Assembly (NCBI GenBank): GCA_032718475.1 | Contig: JAUCBJ010000570.1 | Coordinates: 1-64,000 of the forward strand | Direction of reading: 5' to 3' | From: Nemertoderma westbladi | Lineage: Eukaryota; Animalia; Xenacoelomorpha | Length of the DNA stretch: 64,000 nt | Part shown: positions 1-12,424 of the stretch, one piece after another | Layout: every line of letters begins with the position of its first letter | Numbering within the stretch: the first letter of the stretch is position 1 | The notes under the pieces: model-generated | The model's database searches: none | What the model was told of the DNA's origin: nothing | Seen by the model: the letters and a program-made list of their open reading frames with translations, nothing else | Position numbers and translations under genes: made by a program

Positions 1-765
1 TTAACTCTCGCGGTGTTAGAGGAGCTGTTGTAGAGAACCGTGTTCGATCTGGCGTTGTTACAACGATTCCTCGAGGTTCCGGGTTGTGAACACAACCCGC
101 AGAATAAATAGCGACGGAAATAACCCTTGAACGTGTTGGACAGGAAATATATGGCGAAAGGGTTGCAACAAGAGTTGGAGTAGACGAGACACGTCGATAA
201 ATAGCGCAACACCACGGCGGCCTGACGATGGTCGGGGTTTGTAATCCAAGCGTAATCGTATGATACCTTCAGAGAGTAGACGTGATCAGGGAGCACGCAT
301 ACCACGAATATAACCACAAAGATTAGAACGGTCTTAGCAACGCGGATTCGAGCTTTCACTTGTCGGTTTTCAGTTTTCGTTTCTCCAATCATGTTGCGAC
401 CCGACCGGAATAAGTGTATCGAGATTAGAATGTAAAACGCGCCTATAAATAATAGAGGAGTGACGAATAGGATGATGAACTTCACCGTCGAGTAAACTTT
501 ATTGAAGTCCTGCGGGTCGATTCGCGCGGACCAATGGGGGCTCATTGGGTAACAGATGTTAATGATGTATATGGTGTTGCGTTCTATTTCCGGGTGATCC
601 GGGTCCCCGGATTCGACCGCGGTAGGGTAGGGTCCGGTCCCGGACAGAAAGCCATCCGGTACTGCCATAACAACCGAGGCGAACCATATGCATATGGCGA
701 CTGTGTAGGTACGTCTTACCAGGTTTCCTGTGTGCATCTTCAGTGGCTGAACTATAGCCTGGTAC
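1..765 (-). CDS. Exon 2 (TM4-TM7 and C-tail, open at window edge) of a rhodopsin-class neuropeptide GPCR, bombesin/CCHamide/endothelin receptor family
   Basis: Acceptor TTCCTTCAG|G at 766/765. Manual translation is open to base 1: (R)YQAIVQPLK...IWFASVVMAVPD...VKFIILFVTPLLFIGAFYILI...RQVKARIRVAKTVLIFVVIFVVCVLPDHVY...YSNSCCNPFAIYFLSNTFKGYFRRYLFC. Not in the ORF track because it has no own start codon. Confidence 0.9.
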
Positions 766-959
766 CTGAAGGAACAATTAAACAATATATTTAATATAAA
801 CATTAGCAATTTTTATCACAAAAGATTAATATATTGAATTTCTTTTGTCAAAGGAAAATAATTAATATATTGTTATTTTCTTCTTGGCCTCTTGAAAAAA
901 ACCTCCTGTATGCATGGCGGTGAGATCTACCGAATGCCATCAATTCATTTCTGATTACA

Positions 960-1090
960 TGCGCTGATGATTTGGGTTTAATGACAGAGACATTTTGATG
1001 ATTCTCAAAGACTATTCAGCAGTCTAGAAGGACAAACTGCATCCAATGTTGGTCTATTTGTAAATGCCACAAAGACAAAATTCTAACTGT
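960..1090 (+). mobile_element. Degenerate RTE-type RT fragment in the GPCR intron
   Basis: GCTGATGATTTGGG...AATGTTGGTCTATTTGTAAATGCCACAAAGACAAAATTCTAACTGT aligns by eye to 34175-34300 (ADDLG...VGLFIN..KTKILT). Confidence 0.65.
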
Positions 1091-1471
1091 AAGTAAGACT
1101 CATCCTTTAATGGTATACATTCCCCAGGATTCTACACACATGGCATAAGATTTAAGCTCACTTAGAATTGTGGCAATGTAAAATCTCGACATTACACTGC
1201 ACCACAGGCACAACGGATAAGTTATTTTGTAAAACCTATGGAGTGAACAAAGTTGTAATTATGAAATATGGAAAATGGTGAATTTAATATAGTTGAATTT
1301 ATCTATATTCATTCATATTCATCTTTATTCTATATTTAATCTATTTAATAGTTTAGTTTCATATCTAGTAATTTAAATTATTACCAAGCTATTTCGCGAT
1401 ATTAAGTGATAGTATTTTGTAATGAAAAGTATTTTATGAAATTAAAATTAGAGTTTAATATGCCAACATAC

Positions 1472-1938
1472 CTGTCGAAGCTAAGGGCCGTGAGAGTCAA
1501 CACAGTTACAGCCGACACTAAAACTTGACACATTGTCGAAAATTTGCAGAAGAACTGCCCCAACTGCCAATCAGGTGTCAGATTCTTGTACGCGAATAAT
1601 GGAATATTGATAAGCAGAAACAGGAGGTCGCCAATAGCCAATGAGGTGATAAATATGTTGGGAACGTTCCTCATTGGTTTGTTGGCGAACACGGCCACCA
1701 CTATTGTGGTGTTGCCAAGAACACCAATAAGGAATATCGCGATGTAGATGGCGGTAAGGAGGTATGTGTGGACACCGAATAAAAGTTTCCGGTAAATATC
1801 GTCGACTTCGTGTTTACATTGCCAATGGCACAGATCGGTGTAAGTGACGTTAGTCGCACCCGTAATCCCCATCACGTAGTCGAAACATTCCTCGTTGAAT
1901 TCATTGCTGCATGAGTCCGGATGCATCGAATCGGCCAT
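1472..1938 (-). CDS. Exon 1 (N-terminus, TM1-TM3) of the same bombesin-type GPCR
   Basis: GVLGN (TM1), MRNVPNIFITSLAIGDLL (bombesin-receptor-like TM2), WQLGQFFCK, TLTALSFDR. Donor AG|GTATGT at 1472/1471 splits the Arg of DRY (phase 2) and joins exon 2 in frame. Confidence 0.92.
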
Positions 1939-3899
1939 GATTATCTATTAAAATTAATATTTTAATTAACAAGAGTTTGTCAAAATGGCATGTTTTGAGT
2001 TAATTAACAAGCGTCCGCTTGCTTTTCAATGTCAGTATCAGCGGTGAGCAAGGTGACCCAGGTGATTGATCAAGTCGACCTTGCCCCTGCTGATAATCCC
2101 ATGCCCGTTATCTGTAGGTTAGAGTAACAAGTCCGCCACGTTTATTCGCAAATTGTATGTATAAGTCTCATAACCAGGTACATCTCAGCTAAATGAGAAC
2201 AGCACCTTCTCATTAGCTGAGAAGAAGACGTCGTCCCTTTAAAAACATCAAACATGAAACTTGCTAGTTGAACCTTGCATATCTGAGTCCTTGTAAAATA
2301 AATCCTGTCAAATAAATTAACTTTTTCCACAAGTAATGGTCAGCCTTGAAAATTCGCAGGTACATAGTTGTTACACAGCTGGAAATATAATGGATAGGAG
2401 TAATGGGCCTTCCTTATTGTGATAATAGTTATAGTGAAACTAAGTCATAAACGGGTGATATAAATTTTCCGTCCCGATGGAATGAAATTACTTATTCTGA
2501 GTTATTATTTCGGAATTCAAATATGATTATAATTAGGATAAAGGCACATTTGTTAGAAAAAAGCTTGTTTGATAGAGAGAACCACATCTCTGAATACTCA
2601 TAATATAACATCTATATAAATTACCGATTGTAAATTGTTGACGGACATTGACATTCCTATACACAATCACATTCAGTTGCTATTTTTTGGGCGTGTCGTT
2701 TTTCCGAATATGATTATGTTTAAGTGTTGATCCAGTCTATGTACTTCATAATGTAATTAATTACATTGTATGACATTTTATCCAAGTCAAATCATTTTAT
2801 ATCATTTTCAATGAATAAATGGGATAATATTGATTTTTACAACTTTTTTAAAGTTACCACTGTTTTCTTAACAAATGGCAAAATTAATAGTATCATTTTA
2901 GTCTCCCTTGTCCCCATCGTTGTTACCGGGTCAACTCAGAATAACAGCTGATTGAAAGGCAACATAAACTACTGTGTAGCAGTTACCAGAAACACCTGGG
3001 GCATGTAAGTTGCAGAACCAATAGCTAACAAAAACTAAAGGATGTGCTGTGCGTATTGTATTTGGCCATGTCGGTAGAGTTAAATAATGATACTGTCATC
3101 AATTTCTAGACTTGTCTAGACTTAGTTATTGATAAATTTTAACTAGGAAAGTGTACGACTGACCGAGTTATTTGGGGGGTCGCAGGCATTCTTGGAAGAA
3201 TTGCACCATAGATAGTGCAGATGTAGGTGCGGGGAGCGGGGGGGCGGGGGGGGGGGGGGGGGGAGGGCATATATGTATTATTCTACAGTACCAAAATGAA
3301 AGATAGAAAGCATAAAAGAAATTACTCGTTACAAATCTAAATGTTAGAAATATTACACAAAATACAACAATATTTTTTATAATTAAATAATTAGAGTAGA
3401 TTTTATAAGAGTAAGTAAGATTCAATTTTAAGTCCTAAGATCAAGAAATCACCTCACACGAATTAATATTAACCCTAGCTAGAAGTGACCGCATATTAAT
3501 ATTGTGTTTATTGCTTGCTGCACTACCAGTGCACTTTATTAACTGGCCTAATCACGCATCCTGTAGTGCAAAATGTACCAGTAGGTGTCCTCTCTATGAC
3601 ACATGTAAATATGGATAGGACAGATTACTTATAATAAAAAATGACAGCTGAGCATGATGTTGGTAATTATTCGTATTTAATAGCCGCGTAAACAGTTTAT
3701 ATTTCGAAAACGTAATGGTGCGTGTGTCATTGTCGATAGAATCAATAACAAATAATCTCCAGTGCCTTCACCACAGAACTATAAACTCCCAGGAGGAAAC
3801 AGGAACTCTTTTAACATCACATTAATTAAGGATGGAAGGCCTGCCTAGTCTAGTCGAGCCCTGCCTAGGCCCTTTAAAGGTTTCGTGGCGAAACGAAAT

Positions 3900-3985
3900 C
3901 TGCCCTGGCCCCATGCAGGGATCGAACCCACGACCTCCGGAGAGAAGTGAATTCAGTACCTTTCCAAAGTTGTGGCACATACAGT
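3900..3985 (-). mobile_element. tRNA-derived SINE-like head (degenerate)
   Basis: Minus strand GGAGGTCGTGGGTTCGATCCCTGCATGGGGCCA resembles a T-arm/B-box; the 5' half does not fold as a tRNA. Confidence 0.4.
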
Positions 3986-4169
3986 AGAGTCAGTCAGGGA
4001 TAACCTCCTTCCTACTCATAACTGGAAGCATTTCACCTGTATTATTGAATTGTAATATTTCGGGCATTAATGGCTAAAATCGTCCAACTCCAGGACAAGG
4101 ACTGGGTGAGCTTTGCGTCTTAACACTCCGGGCTGCATTGCATCCCCTATATTGGGGTGGAATTGTTGA

Positions 4170-4560
4170 TACGGTGTCACATACGAAAATGTCCCCCCAT
4201 GCGGAATGCTTCCCCCTGGACATTTTCGCCTAGCGCCAAATGCCCCCCCCCCCCCTGAGCATTTTCACACCAGATTTTGAGAGTGGCGGTCCGATACCCT
4301 AATTCAAAGTGAAATGGCGGTCCGAAACCCTAATTAAAACTGTCATGTAACCCTAAGTTATAAGGTGGACCTTTTACCATTGGCCCTTCGGGCCAATGAC
4401 AAGGGTCCTAAATTCCAGTTAGAGTCTTATGACTTAGGGTTAGGGTTCATAACAGTTTTAATTAGGGTTTGGGCCTGACCAACTAACCCTAACCAAAAAA
4501 TAAATAAATAAATAAATCCAAGTTAAAGTGCTGGCTAGGCCTACTGCAGCTACTTACCTA
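4170..4560. mobile_element. Non-autonomous dispersed repeat with internal palindrome and AACCCT motifs; related to 27110-27372
   Basis: 4385-4550 is the reverse complement of about 27200-27370. Inverted arms at 4325-4343/4452-4470 surround a hairpin at 4378-4398. Confidence 0.6.
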
Positions 4561-4599
4561 TTAACTGAGTGTTTGAACTATGTAGTACTGAGAAATTAC

Positions 4600-5280
4600 C
4601 CAGCTTTGTAAAACTAATGTCCATTCTTGAAAACCCTGATACCAAGGGAGGTCTAGAGTGAATCAAAAAAACATATTTTAAATAAACCAGATACAGCCTC
4701 GAAGTATGTGACGTACCGGTCTACAATTATTAGCGAACTTAGTGCCCATGTAATAAGTTCTTCTCAACTTTACATACCCGACTATTTACGTAAGAGTGTT
4801 ACTAGACTCAGGCTGTCTTCCCATAATCTGTATGCCGTTGGAGTAGAGAGTACCTAGGGAAGCTAGAGTTTGGTCATGTGATAGTACAGTATTTCCATCC
4901 AGGATGAGAAACACGTATTATTAGATTGTAATTCAACCATTCAGATTAGGGCCAAATAAACACAACTAGAATTTGTTAAAATTAACTTAGAAAATGTATT
5001 TAGTACTCAGTTTTTAAAGTCCCCAACCGTAGTTTGTCGGTATATTTGTGAAATTCTAGAATATTTTGGGTAGTTAATTGTTTTTTCAATAGGTATATTG
5101 TTAAGTTGAAAAGTCAGTAAATAGTTATCATTTTGTTATGATTTCAATTTGTTTTCTATTTCTATTTGTTAAGTTAAATCTATTGGACTAGTGATTGTCA
5201 TTGTGAAATTGTGCTGTGCCATAAATAAATGTAATAAATATTATTCATTTGGTCAATAAAAACTACTACTCTACTACTAA
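4600..5280 (+). mobile_element. Old LINE 3' fragment from a different family (C-terminal zinc-knuckle type)
   Basis: Fragmentary translation RLRLSSHNL...DEKHVLLDC, followed by AATAAA and a (CTA)n-like tail near 5255-5280. Confidence 0.45.
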
Positions 5281-5636
5281 TATTGCAGCTAGCTACTGTA
5301 CCACACCCACTTTATATAATCGCGGTAGTACCTCCTCTATGAGAAGAGATTTTATATTTTTATTTAAGTCACAGTCGTTAATCCACTATTGATATCGCTG
5401 AGAGCTCATAAACTGGCCCATATCAATCTCACTGTTAAGACACTAAGTGAAATATCTATAGGATATCCACCCACTCGCTTTAGAAGGAAAATAGCCCAAA
5501 ATTTTGGTCAAATGTTGATAGGTAATCGTTTACGCGTGAATATTGAATAATATTTATGCTAACTCAGAAGAGAGTAAAACCAGATTTCATAGAGAACATG
5601 ATAAGCAATATATTATTTCCCAGTGATAATATCATA

Positions 5637-6974
5637 ATACTACTACTAGGATCGGCATGCTGCATTGCAGCTGCATTTTTAAGAATGCTGTGCTGGCTTG
5701 TCAACAAAATTGCACCGCCACAACTCCCTATCACCCATGACATTTGCTAGATCATCCGCATCTTTAAGGCCAGTGTCCTTTAAGATGCGTCTCAAGAAAG
5801 TCATGGGCTGTCCACCATGCTTATTCACTCCATGAGGCTGCCAAAGTACAAGATTATGCACGGGCTGGTCCTCACGGCGAAAGCAATGTCCTGCAAAGCG
5901 GAGGCGATTTTGTTCTAGTGTCAAGCTTGGGGGAACCAATGAGACACCTCCAATGTTATATAGTGTCTGGTTGGAGATGTGTGCATTGTAATTGACACAA
6001 TGAACCCGGCGTAGCATTCTTGTGAATGTGCCATCCAGAGATTTGGTGTCCTCAGCAGTTAGAGCCCAGCATGGACTCCCGTAGAGGAGTACTGGAACTA
6101 CTGCTGCTCTAAATAATCGGACCTTAAGTTTCCGATTAATTCTCGGTGACTTCCAAATCCTGGAAAGCCTATTCAAGGCTGACCATGCCTTTCCCTTACG
6201 TATTCGAATGTCCTCACCTGACTTCCGGATCCATGATCCCAGGTAACAGAAGTCGTCCAGATGCTCAAGCATCAGGAGCCGTTGGACTCCCTCTAGTGAT
6301 TCTGAGAGTACTTCTAAGTCATCAGCAAAGTCTAGATCAGTTAGGTACTTGGCAGGATTTCCTCGACTTTTGGAGCCAGTAGGTGGAGTTATCATCACCC
6401 CATCATCATTATGATGATCTAAGGACATGCGTAGAACATAGTCAACCACAATTATGAACAAGTATGGTGCAAGTGTGTCTCCCTGGAGGACGCCCCATAA
6501 CACTTCAAATGGTTCTATGTCACCGTCAACAGTAGACACAAATGTTGTCGAACCATCGTATACTGATCTGATTGCTGCAATAATTTAATCAGGAATCCCA
6601 TATAATGAAAGTATGCCGAACATACGTGAGTGAGAGACTGAATCGAAGGCCTTGAAGAAGTCAACAAAGATAACAGCCAGATGCCTGTCTTTCTTTTTTG
6701 ATAATTCTTCAATTATCCTTCTAAGTGCCAAAATGGGCTCCATGGTCCCACGACCTTTACGGAACCCATTCTGATTTCCACGGAGCAGTCTCTCAATGGG
6801 ATCCCTGATGCGATTTAATAGAATTCTATTGTATAGCTTTGCAGCAATCGAGATCAATGAGATTCCCCGAAAAGAACCATAGAGTGTTAGGTTGCAGCCC
6901 TTCTTGGAAACTGGCACCAACTTATTTGTTTTCATTTCTTGTGGGACTCTTGTTGTTCGGTACATGTCTACTAT
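5637..6974 (-). mobile_element. 5'-truncated RTE-clade LINE copy with an in-frame 43-codon internal deletion
   Basis: Nearly identical to 33531-35046. RT motifs QGDTLAP and DFADD, the same 3' stem-loop and (TAG)n tail. Lacks SSLEHAA...SSKDG and has a stop at 6585. Confidence 0.93.
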
Positions 6975-9616
6975 TGACATGATTGCATTTACTAGAGACA
7001 TGGTGCTCAGGTATAAAATTTAACAAAATCGTATATACATACAGTACTTAATACAATACGATATAATTAATACACTGTTGGATTATGTCCATTACCTTTC
7101 AAAGGCATGTTATATAAATTGGAAGGCCTACAGTATATACATGCACAATATTGTTCAATGATTAATTCACAAGCCCATAATGCTTCCCGCTCCCGCTCCT
7201 AGAATTTTTTCACAGAACCTTTAGATCTTATAAGCCAATGTTAAACTCTATGTACTTTATCATCAAAATAAATTGGTATTTTCGTCATAAATTCGAAGTT
7301 CAAAGAAGATTGGTATTTTCGTCATAAATTCGAAGTTCAAAGAAGTTTAACACGCAGCGTAAATTATGAAAGATTAACGTAATATTTCCTGCTAATCTCA
7401 TCATCTCATTGACAACCTGTAGGCCTACTCTCCTACTAAGACATGGTTACCGCCGCCTTTGTAAGAATCATAGAATAATACCTTAGAATCCCATTTTACA
7501 TTAGAAGAGTACATTCTATCAGGTTTCTATGTATAATAAGAAATAAACCAAGTAGTATTTTCCAAGAAGTATAATTTATTATTCATATATCCATCCCCGT
7601 ATCTCCAGAAGAAAATCGACGCAAATAACACCTGATTATTCTCAAAAATAAAACTGTATCCTGTTTTATTGACTTTCGTTCAATGTTTTGGTTATAAAAC
7701 TTGCCACGGTAAACTGCTCCTTTCCCTAAATTGGTAATTGAACATTGGGATGAGGTATTTAGAGAAATTAATTAATAGGCATATCTGCCGTTTTATTTTC
7801 CTTCATTAAACTTTTACTTGGCAAGTTGATGTCATCAACAATCCATGCCCAGCTGTCATCAATGACCTATTATTAACCAATAGGGACGATACCAGTGCAA
7901 ATGAAGAATATTATAAGAATTGAAATCATAGTACAGTATATATTTGAATTTGAAACCTGTATTACTTACTGTGTTACCTGTATTATTCAAATAATATTAT
8001 GTCCTGTTCTATACTGCTGTATCGCAACAACGGTAGGCCTACAGGGTGGGACATATTTCTATGGTTTCTAACAAAACAATAGTCCTCCTATAATACGTAT
8101 TACTGTATTATAGTACCATAGTTCTATTGGCTTCAAACATCAGTTTATTTATATTTCTAATTTATTGTAGCTGTATTCTAATTTGTTGTTGGTGCGATCT
8201 GTGATCTGCGCTACCTACCGCAGGGCAGGAATGATACAACTGTCAAAGTGCTTTATAGATACACTAATATGCAGAACTGAGTTACCCGACGGTTTTAGTC
8301 AATCGAGCACATGCACGTAAAACCCATCGTTCTGTAACATCCATTTATCCATACAACAAAACCAGTGGTTTTCAAATTAAAAATTTTAGTCATCGCAGGA
8401 AGATAGAGAGAACAAATGAAGATAAGAGAAGAGAAAATAAGAGAAAGAGCGCGGATGAGAAATGGAGGAGAAGATACGAGTAGGAGGAGAAGAAGTAGGG
8501 CGACGTAAAGAGACACTATTTTTTACACCTACGATAATATTTAAGTTTTGACTTGAAAAAATATGAAGATGAGAGAGAGAATTGGGAACAGTTTCGAAGT
8601 AAATCTCAGTAGAAGGAGATGCATTAATTAATTATCGCTTAACTCAAATTATTAATTATTATATACGATGATCGAATATTGAACAGGTCACTGACACCTC
8701 GACTGTATCTCGGAACACCCGCTGGCGCCGATTACGACAACGTTGTTATGCATTAAGCGCATAGGGCCTTCATTATATATCTAGGCCTACATACAGTACA
8801 TTCAAAATTTAACTAGCGCCAGGCTGCCAGCACCAGGCAGTTGGACCAGGACAATTGCCCTCAGCCCTCCGGTCAATTGCCCATCGGGGACACTTACCGC
8901 CTGGACAATTATCCCCCCCCCCCCCCCCCCCCCCCCCGATTACAACAACTGCTCACCTACATTATTATTTTTAAACATTATAATCATAAAGTGTGCCATA
9001 AAATCTGTATACTGTGACTGTGTGCTATAGTTTTCTAGAATTCATTCCGTAATCGTCAGTTTCTACAGTAGAGGTAAAATCTCTGTTAAAAACTGGGAAA
9101 TTGTTAAAAATAGGGAACTCTTACTAGGAGGTTTTGTCATTGGTTAGTCATGAATAACAAGCAGTTACCTAGCAACATGGACATTTGCGGCAATACAATT
9201 GGTTTATTTGGATATTTTCCTGAATATAACAATTCTACACGTATTAGCCATCATACTGTTATGTCATTTAATGATGGGGTGTCATTTATTTCATTATCAC
9301 TTATTTCGCTGCCATGATGTTTTACCAATAACGTTTGCCGATAATGAAAGGTGGAGGTTACAGACCTAAAGCATAAGTCTATTATTACGGTATATGCTGG
9401 TCAGTGTCCAGTCAGTTAGACCAATTTAGTGAGAAATTAATCTGTATTCTCTGTATTTTATTTCCATTCTGAATTTTATCCACAAATGTTCAACTACTGT
9501 AGTATAATCGGCCTGCTCTCATTGAATGAAACTGCACATTGAGATGCTATGCTATTTATACAACAACTAATATAATTTATGCAGTTTCTATCACTTATAC
9601 ACCATGACCTGGAATA

Positions 9617-10471
9617 CAATGTCGTTATTCTGGTACATGGATCCCCCCCAAAAAAAAACCTCTACAAATCTTAATGAAACAGAAAAAAGAAAAAATTTTG
9701 AAACAAAGTTAGTTCCACCTCCCGACCACTGAGTGGGTGAGGCAGAATTTTTATTTTCGCTTTCATTCTTTAGCTACAAGCTTTTGAAAAGCTTTTCAAA
9801 ACAGTTATTCTTCAACCTTATTATGATTTGTTAGTACTAATTTAAAGCTAGTCGTGCAAGAATTCCAAAAAATTTTAAAACATTTGAATTTGGTAGAGAA
9901 ATAGCCGAGATATGGGCATTCGAAAGTTGCATGTATTTGCTTCCCCTGCACGCCATTTATTATATTTAATAAATACATCATATTTTGGAACATTTTGTTT
10001 ATCCCATATGTAGCTGGGCAACAATGCAATGCTTCTTTAAACATACTATTATGTAGCTATTCATACATAAACAAAATGTTCTAGAATATAGTGTTTTTAT
10101 TTAATAGAATAAACAGCCTCACGCAGGTGGCAGGTGCAAAACCATGAAACTTTTGAACGCTCATATCTCAGCTATTTCACAACCAAATTCAAATATTTTT
10201 ACATTTTTGGAATCCTTGCATGGTTAGCTTTCTATTTCTACCAACAAATCGCGATAAGGTTCATGAATAACTGCAGTGTAACTGGTGAAATATCACTGGA
10301 GACACCTCTTTCAAACGCTTGTAGCTAAAGATTGAAAGCAAAAATAATATTCTGGCTCACCCAGTAAGGAGGAGGGAGGTGAAACTATCTCTGTTTCAAA
10401 TTTCATGCAATCTCATTACGATTTGTAAGAAAATTAGGGGGGGGGGGGGGTGTCACTGAATTACGACACTA
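9617..10471. mobile_element. Foldback MITE, Tc1/mariner-like
   Basis: The whole element is an imperfect palindrome centred near 10040 (e.g. 9770 TTTAGCTACAAGC / 10317 GCTTGTAGCTAAA). Termini CAATGTCG...CGACACTA, each flanked by TA. Confidence 0.75.
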
Positions 10472-10552
10472 TATTCTGGGACATGGCGTAATGTATATTG
10501 TACTGTACTATGTACAGTCATTTCGTAATGTTACAATTTTTGAATAAAACTA

Positions 10553-10693
10553 CATACATACTTATTGCAAAGTTATTTACAGTTTCCTGATCCTCGTGGC
10601 TTTATTTTCACTCACTCACTAACGTTCGTTCACGTAACAAAGCCACTCGGATCATCACACTGTAAAGTGCTACTTTACACACAAGTATGTAAA
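10553..10693. repeat. About 140-bp imperfect palindrome, probably part of a non-autonomous DNA element
   Basis: Nested inverted arms TACATACTT/AAGTATGTA, TTTACAGT/ACTGTAAA, TGATCC/GGATCA, GTGGCTTT/AAAGCCAC. Confidence 0.6.
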
Positions 10694-10739
10694 TAGTTAT
10701 TACCCCGTCTCGGTATCTACACTTTTACTTTTAAGTTTC

Positions 10740-11124
10740 TGTATTCGAATCGATATACTTTTAGCATTTAGGACCTAATTATTGTTAACCCTCTTTTTTC
10801 TTTATCAGTAAAAGCCGTACCGGTAACAAGATTCATTGTTGCATTCTAAATATAGCAATCAGCCCTATGTGTAGAAGTTGTTTGTTTCCGTACCGGTAAA
10901 GTACCTATCTATATATATGGTGCCCTAACTTCACCATTTGTTACGAGATTCCGTTAACTGTTTATCTGTTTATTGAGATTATTATTATATTATTATGTAT
11001 TAACAACCTAATTTCTCTTCAACGAAATCTCCGTTAACATCTTGGCTTTACAGCTTTAGTCAATTCAGCAATACGTCGACATTCAGATTAGGGAACCTCC
11101 GGTTTATGCCCGGTTATGCATACA
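10740..11124 (+). repeat. 5' LTR of the BEL/Pao element
   Basis: Direct repeat of 21601-21985 with no differences seen by eye; TG...CA ends. Confidence 0.97.
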
Positions 11125-11132
11125 GTAACAAA

Positions 11133-11147
11133 TGGTAGTACTGAGTG
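11133..11147 (+). promoter_or_regulatory. Putative primer-binding site
   Basis: TGGTAGTACTGAGTG starts 8 nt after the 5' LTR; TGG complements tRNA CCA. Cognate tRNA not identified. Confidence 0.45.
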
Positions 11148-12424
11148 TTGACTCAGATAGATATCGAACGAAAACGCAACAGTCTCCAGATTCCAACACA
11201 GAAATCAGAATGAATGGTCTGTTGTACTGACGTAACAGCTGCTGAATACGTGTCTACTATCTGACCATCCTGCCATCTACCGGCACCGGTTCGCCAATGT
11301 CAAAGTAGCCTACTCCATACTCAACGATTCTCAACGGTCTGATGGTTTCAAACTCGCAATTTCTACACAGCAAGAGAGGACGAAAAAACACACGCTAAGT
11401 ATAATCTACCGACTACCGGTTTATATAATTGTTGGGCAATTCAGCAATTTACTTGTTATAGTGTCAAGTGTAGCCTACCGTAGTCTTTAGTTTATTTTTT
11501 CGTTAGCTTTTTTGTTTCTCACTCACCCCGTTTAGCTTTACCTTCTCTTTCTTTGTTGGTGGTCTCTGTCATCACGAATCGGTCTTGGGGGCCGAAGACT
11601 TGATAGAGCCAGGACTCTCTATTGAACCATACAGATGTACAGGTTTGCAATAAGATAATATAGCCACGCAACGTTAGAGGGTTAGTAGGTACCGCTACGA
11701 CCACCCTAGTTTTCCAAGTGATAAACTAGGTCAATTGCCTGATTGTATTAGGCCTACTTTTTATGACCGAGGTCGGGTTCGAACCTCATACCTATATAAC
11801 TTTTAATTTTTTGGGTTTAAACATTTACTTGCTTAATTCTTTATACCGTATATGCCTTAGGTTGACTCTACTTTTTAGTAAAGGCACCATCGAAGCTATA
11901 TACTGACAGTAGGTACTGATATGTGATATATATATGAGTAATTTTTTGAAGCTATTTATTGATTATTTTTCGATTTGTTTTTTTTTGTTTTTGTCTTACA
12001 TTTTTCGCTTAATGTGACAGATATAGCCAAATCTCGATTGGTTTGGTTTGACGTTACAAAATTGTATCGTCTTGCAATATTTTATATTTAATACCGGTAT
12101 ATAGCATTATATGTATACCTGAATACCGGTATATATCCTTACTGGTACCGGTACTTGACTTAATATATATACCAATATTTTTACTTTTTGTAATACCGGT
12201 ACTTTAATTAATAATTCTGAATGGCAGGATTATTTTGATGGACTTTATAATACTTATATGTAGTATTATATTACTGAGTTAGAGTTATTTTTATTTCCAA
12301 ATTACAGGCTGCCAATTGCAGGGTTAAGTAAAGGGAAAATAATAAAGTGCGATTAAAAATTTATTAATATCAAAAAAAAAAAATACGATAAGATACCGTA
12401 CATTAAAGTGAGACTAAATTAGTC

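Noticed and set aside
3230-3267. Poly-G/poly-C tracts (also 8913, 10437, 42606, 51267, 55315) as G-quadruplex elements
   Set aside because: Simple homopolymers, several inside repeats and with unreliable lengths; no specific functional evidence.
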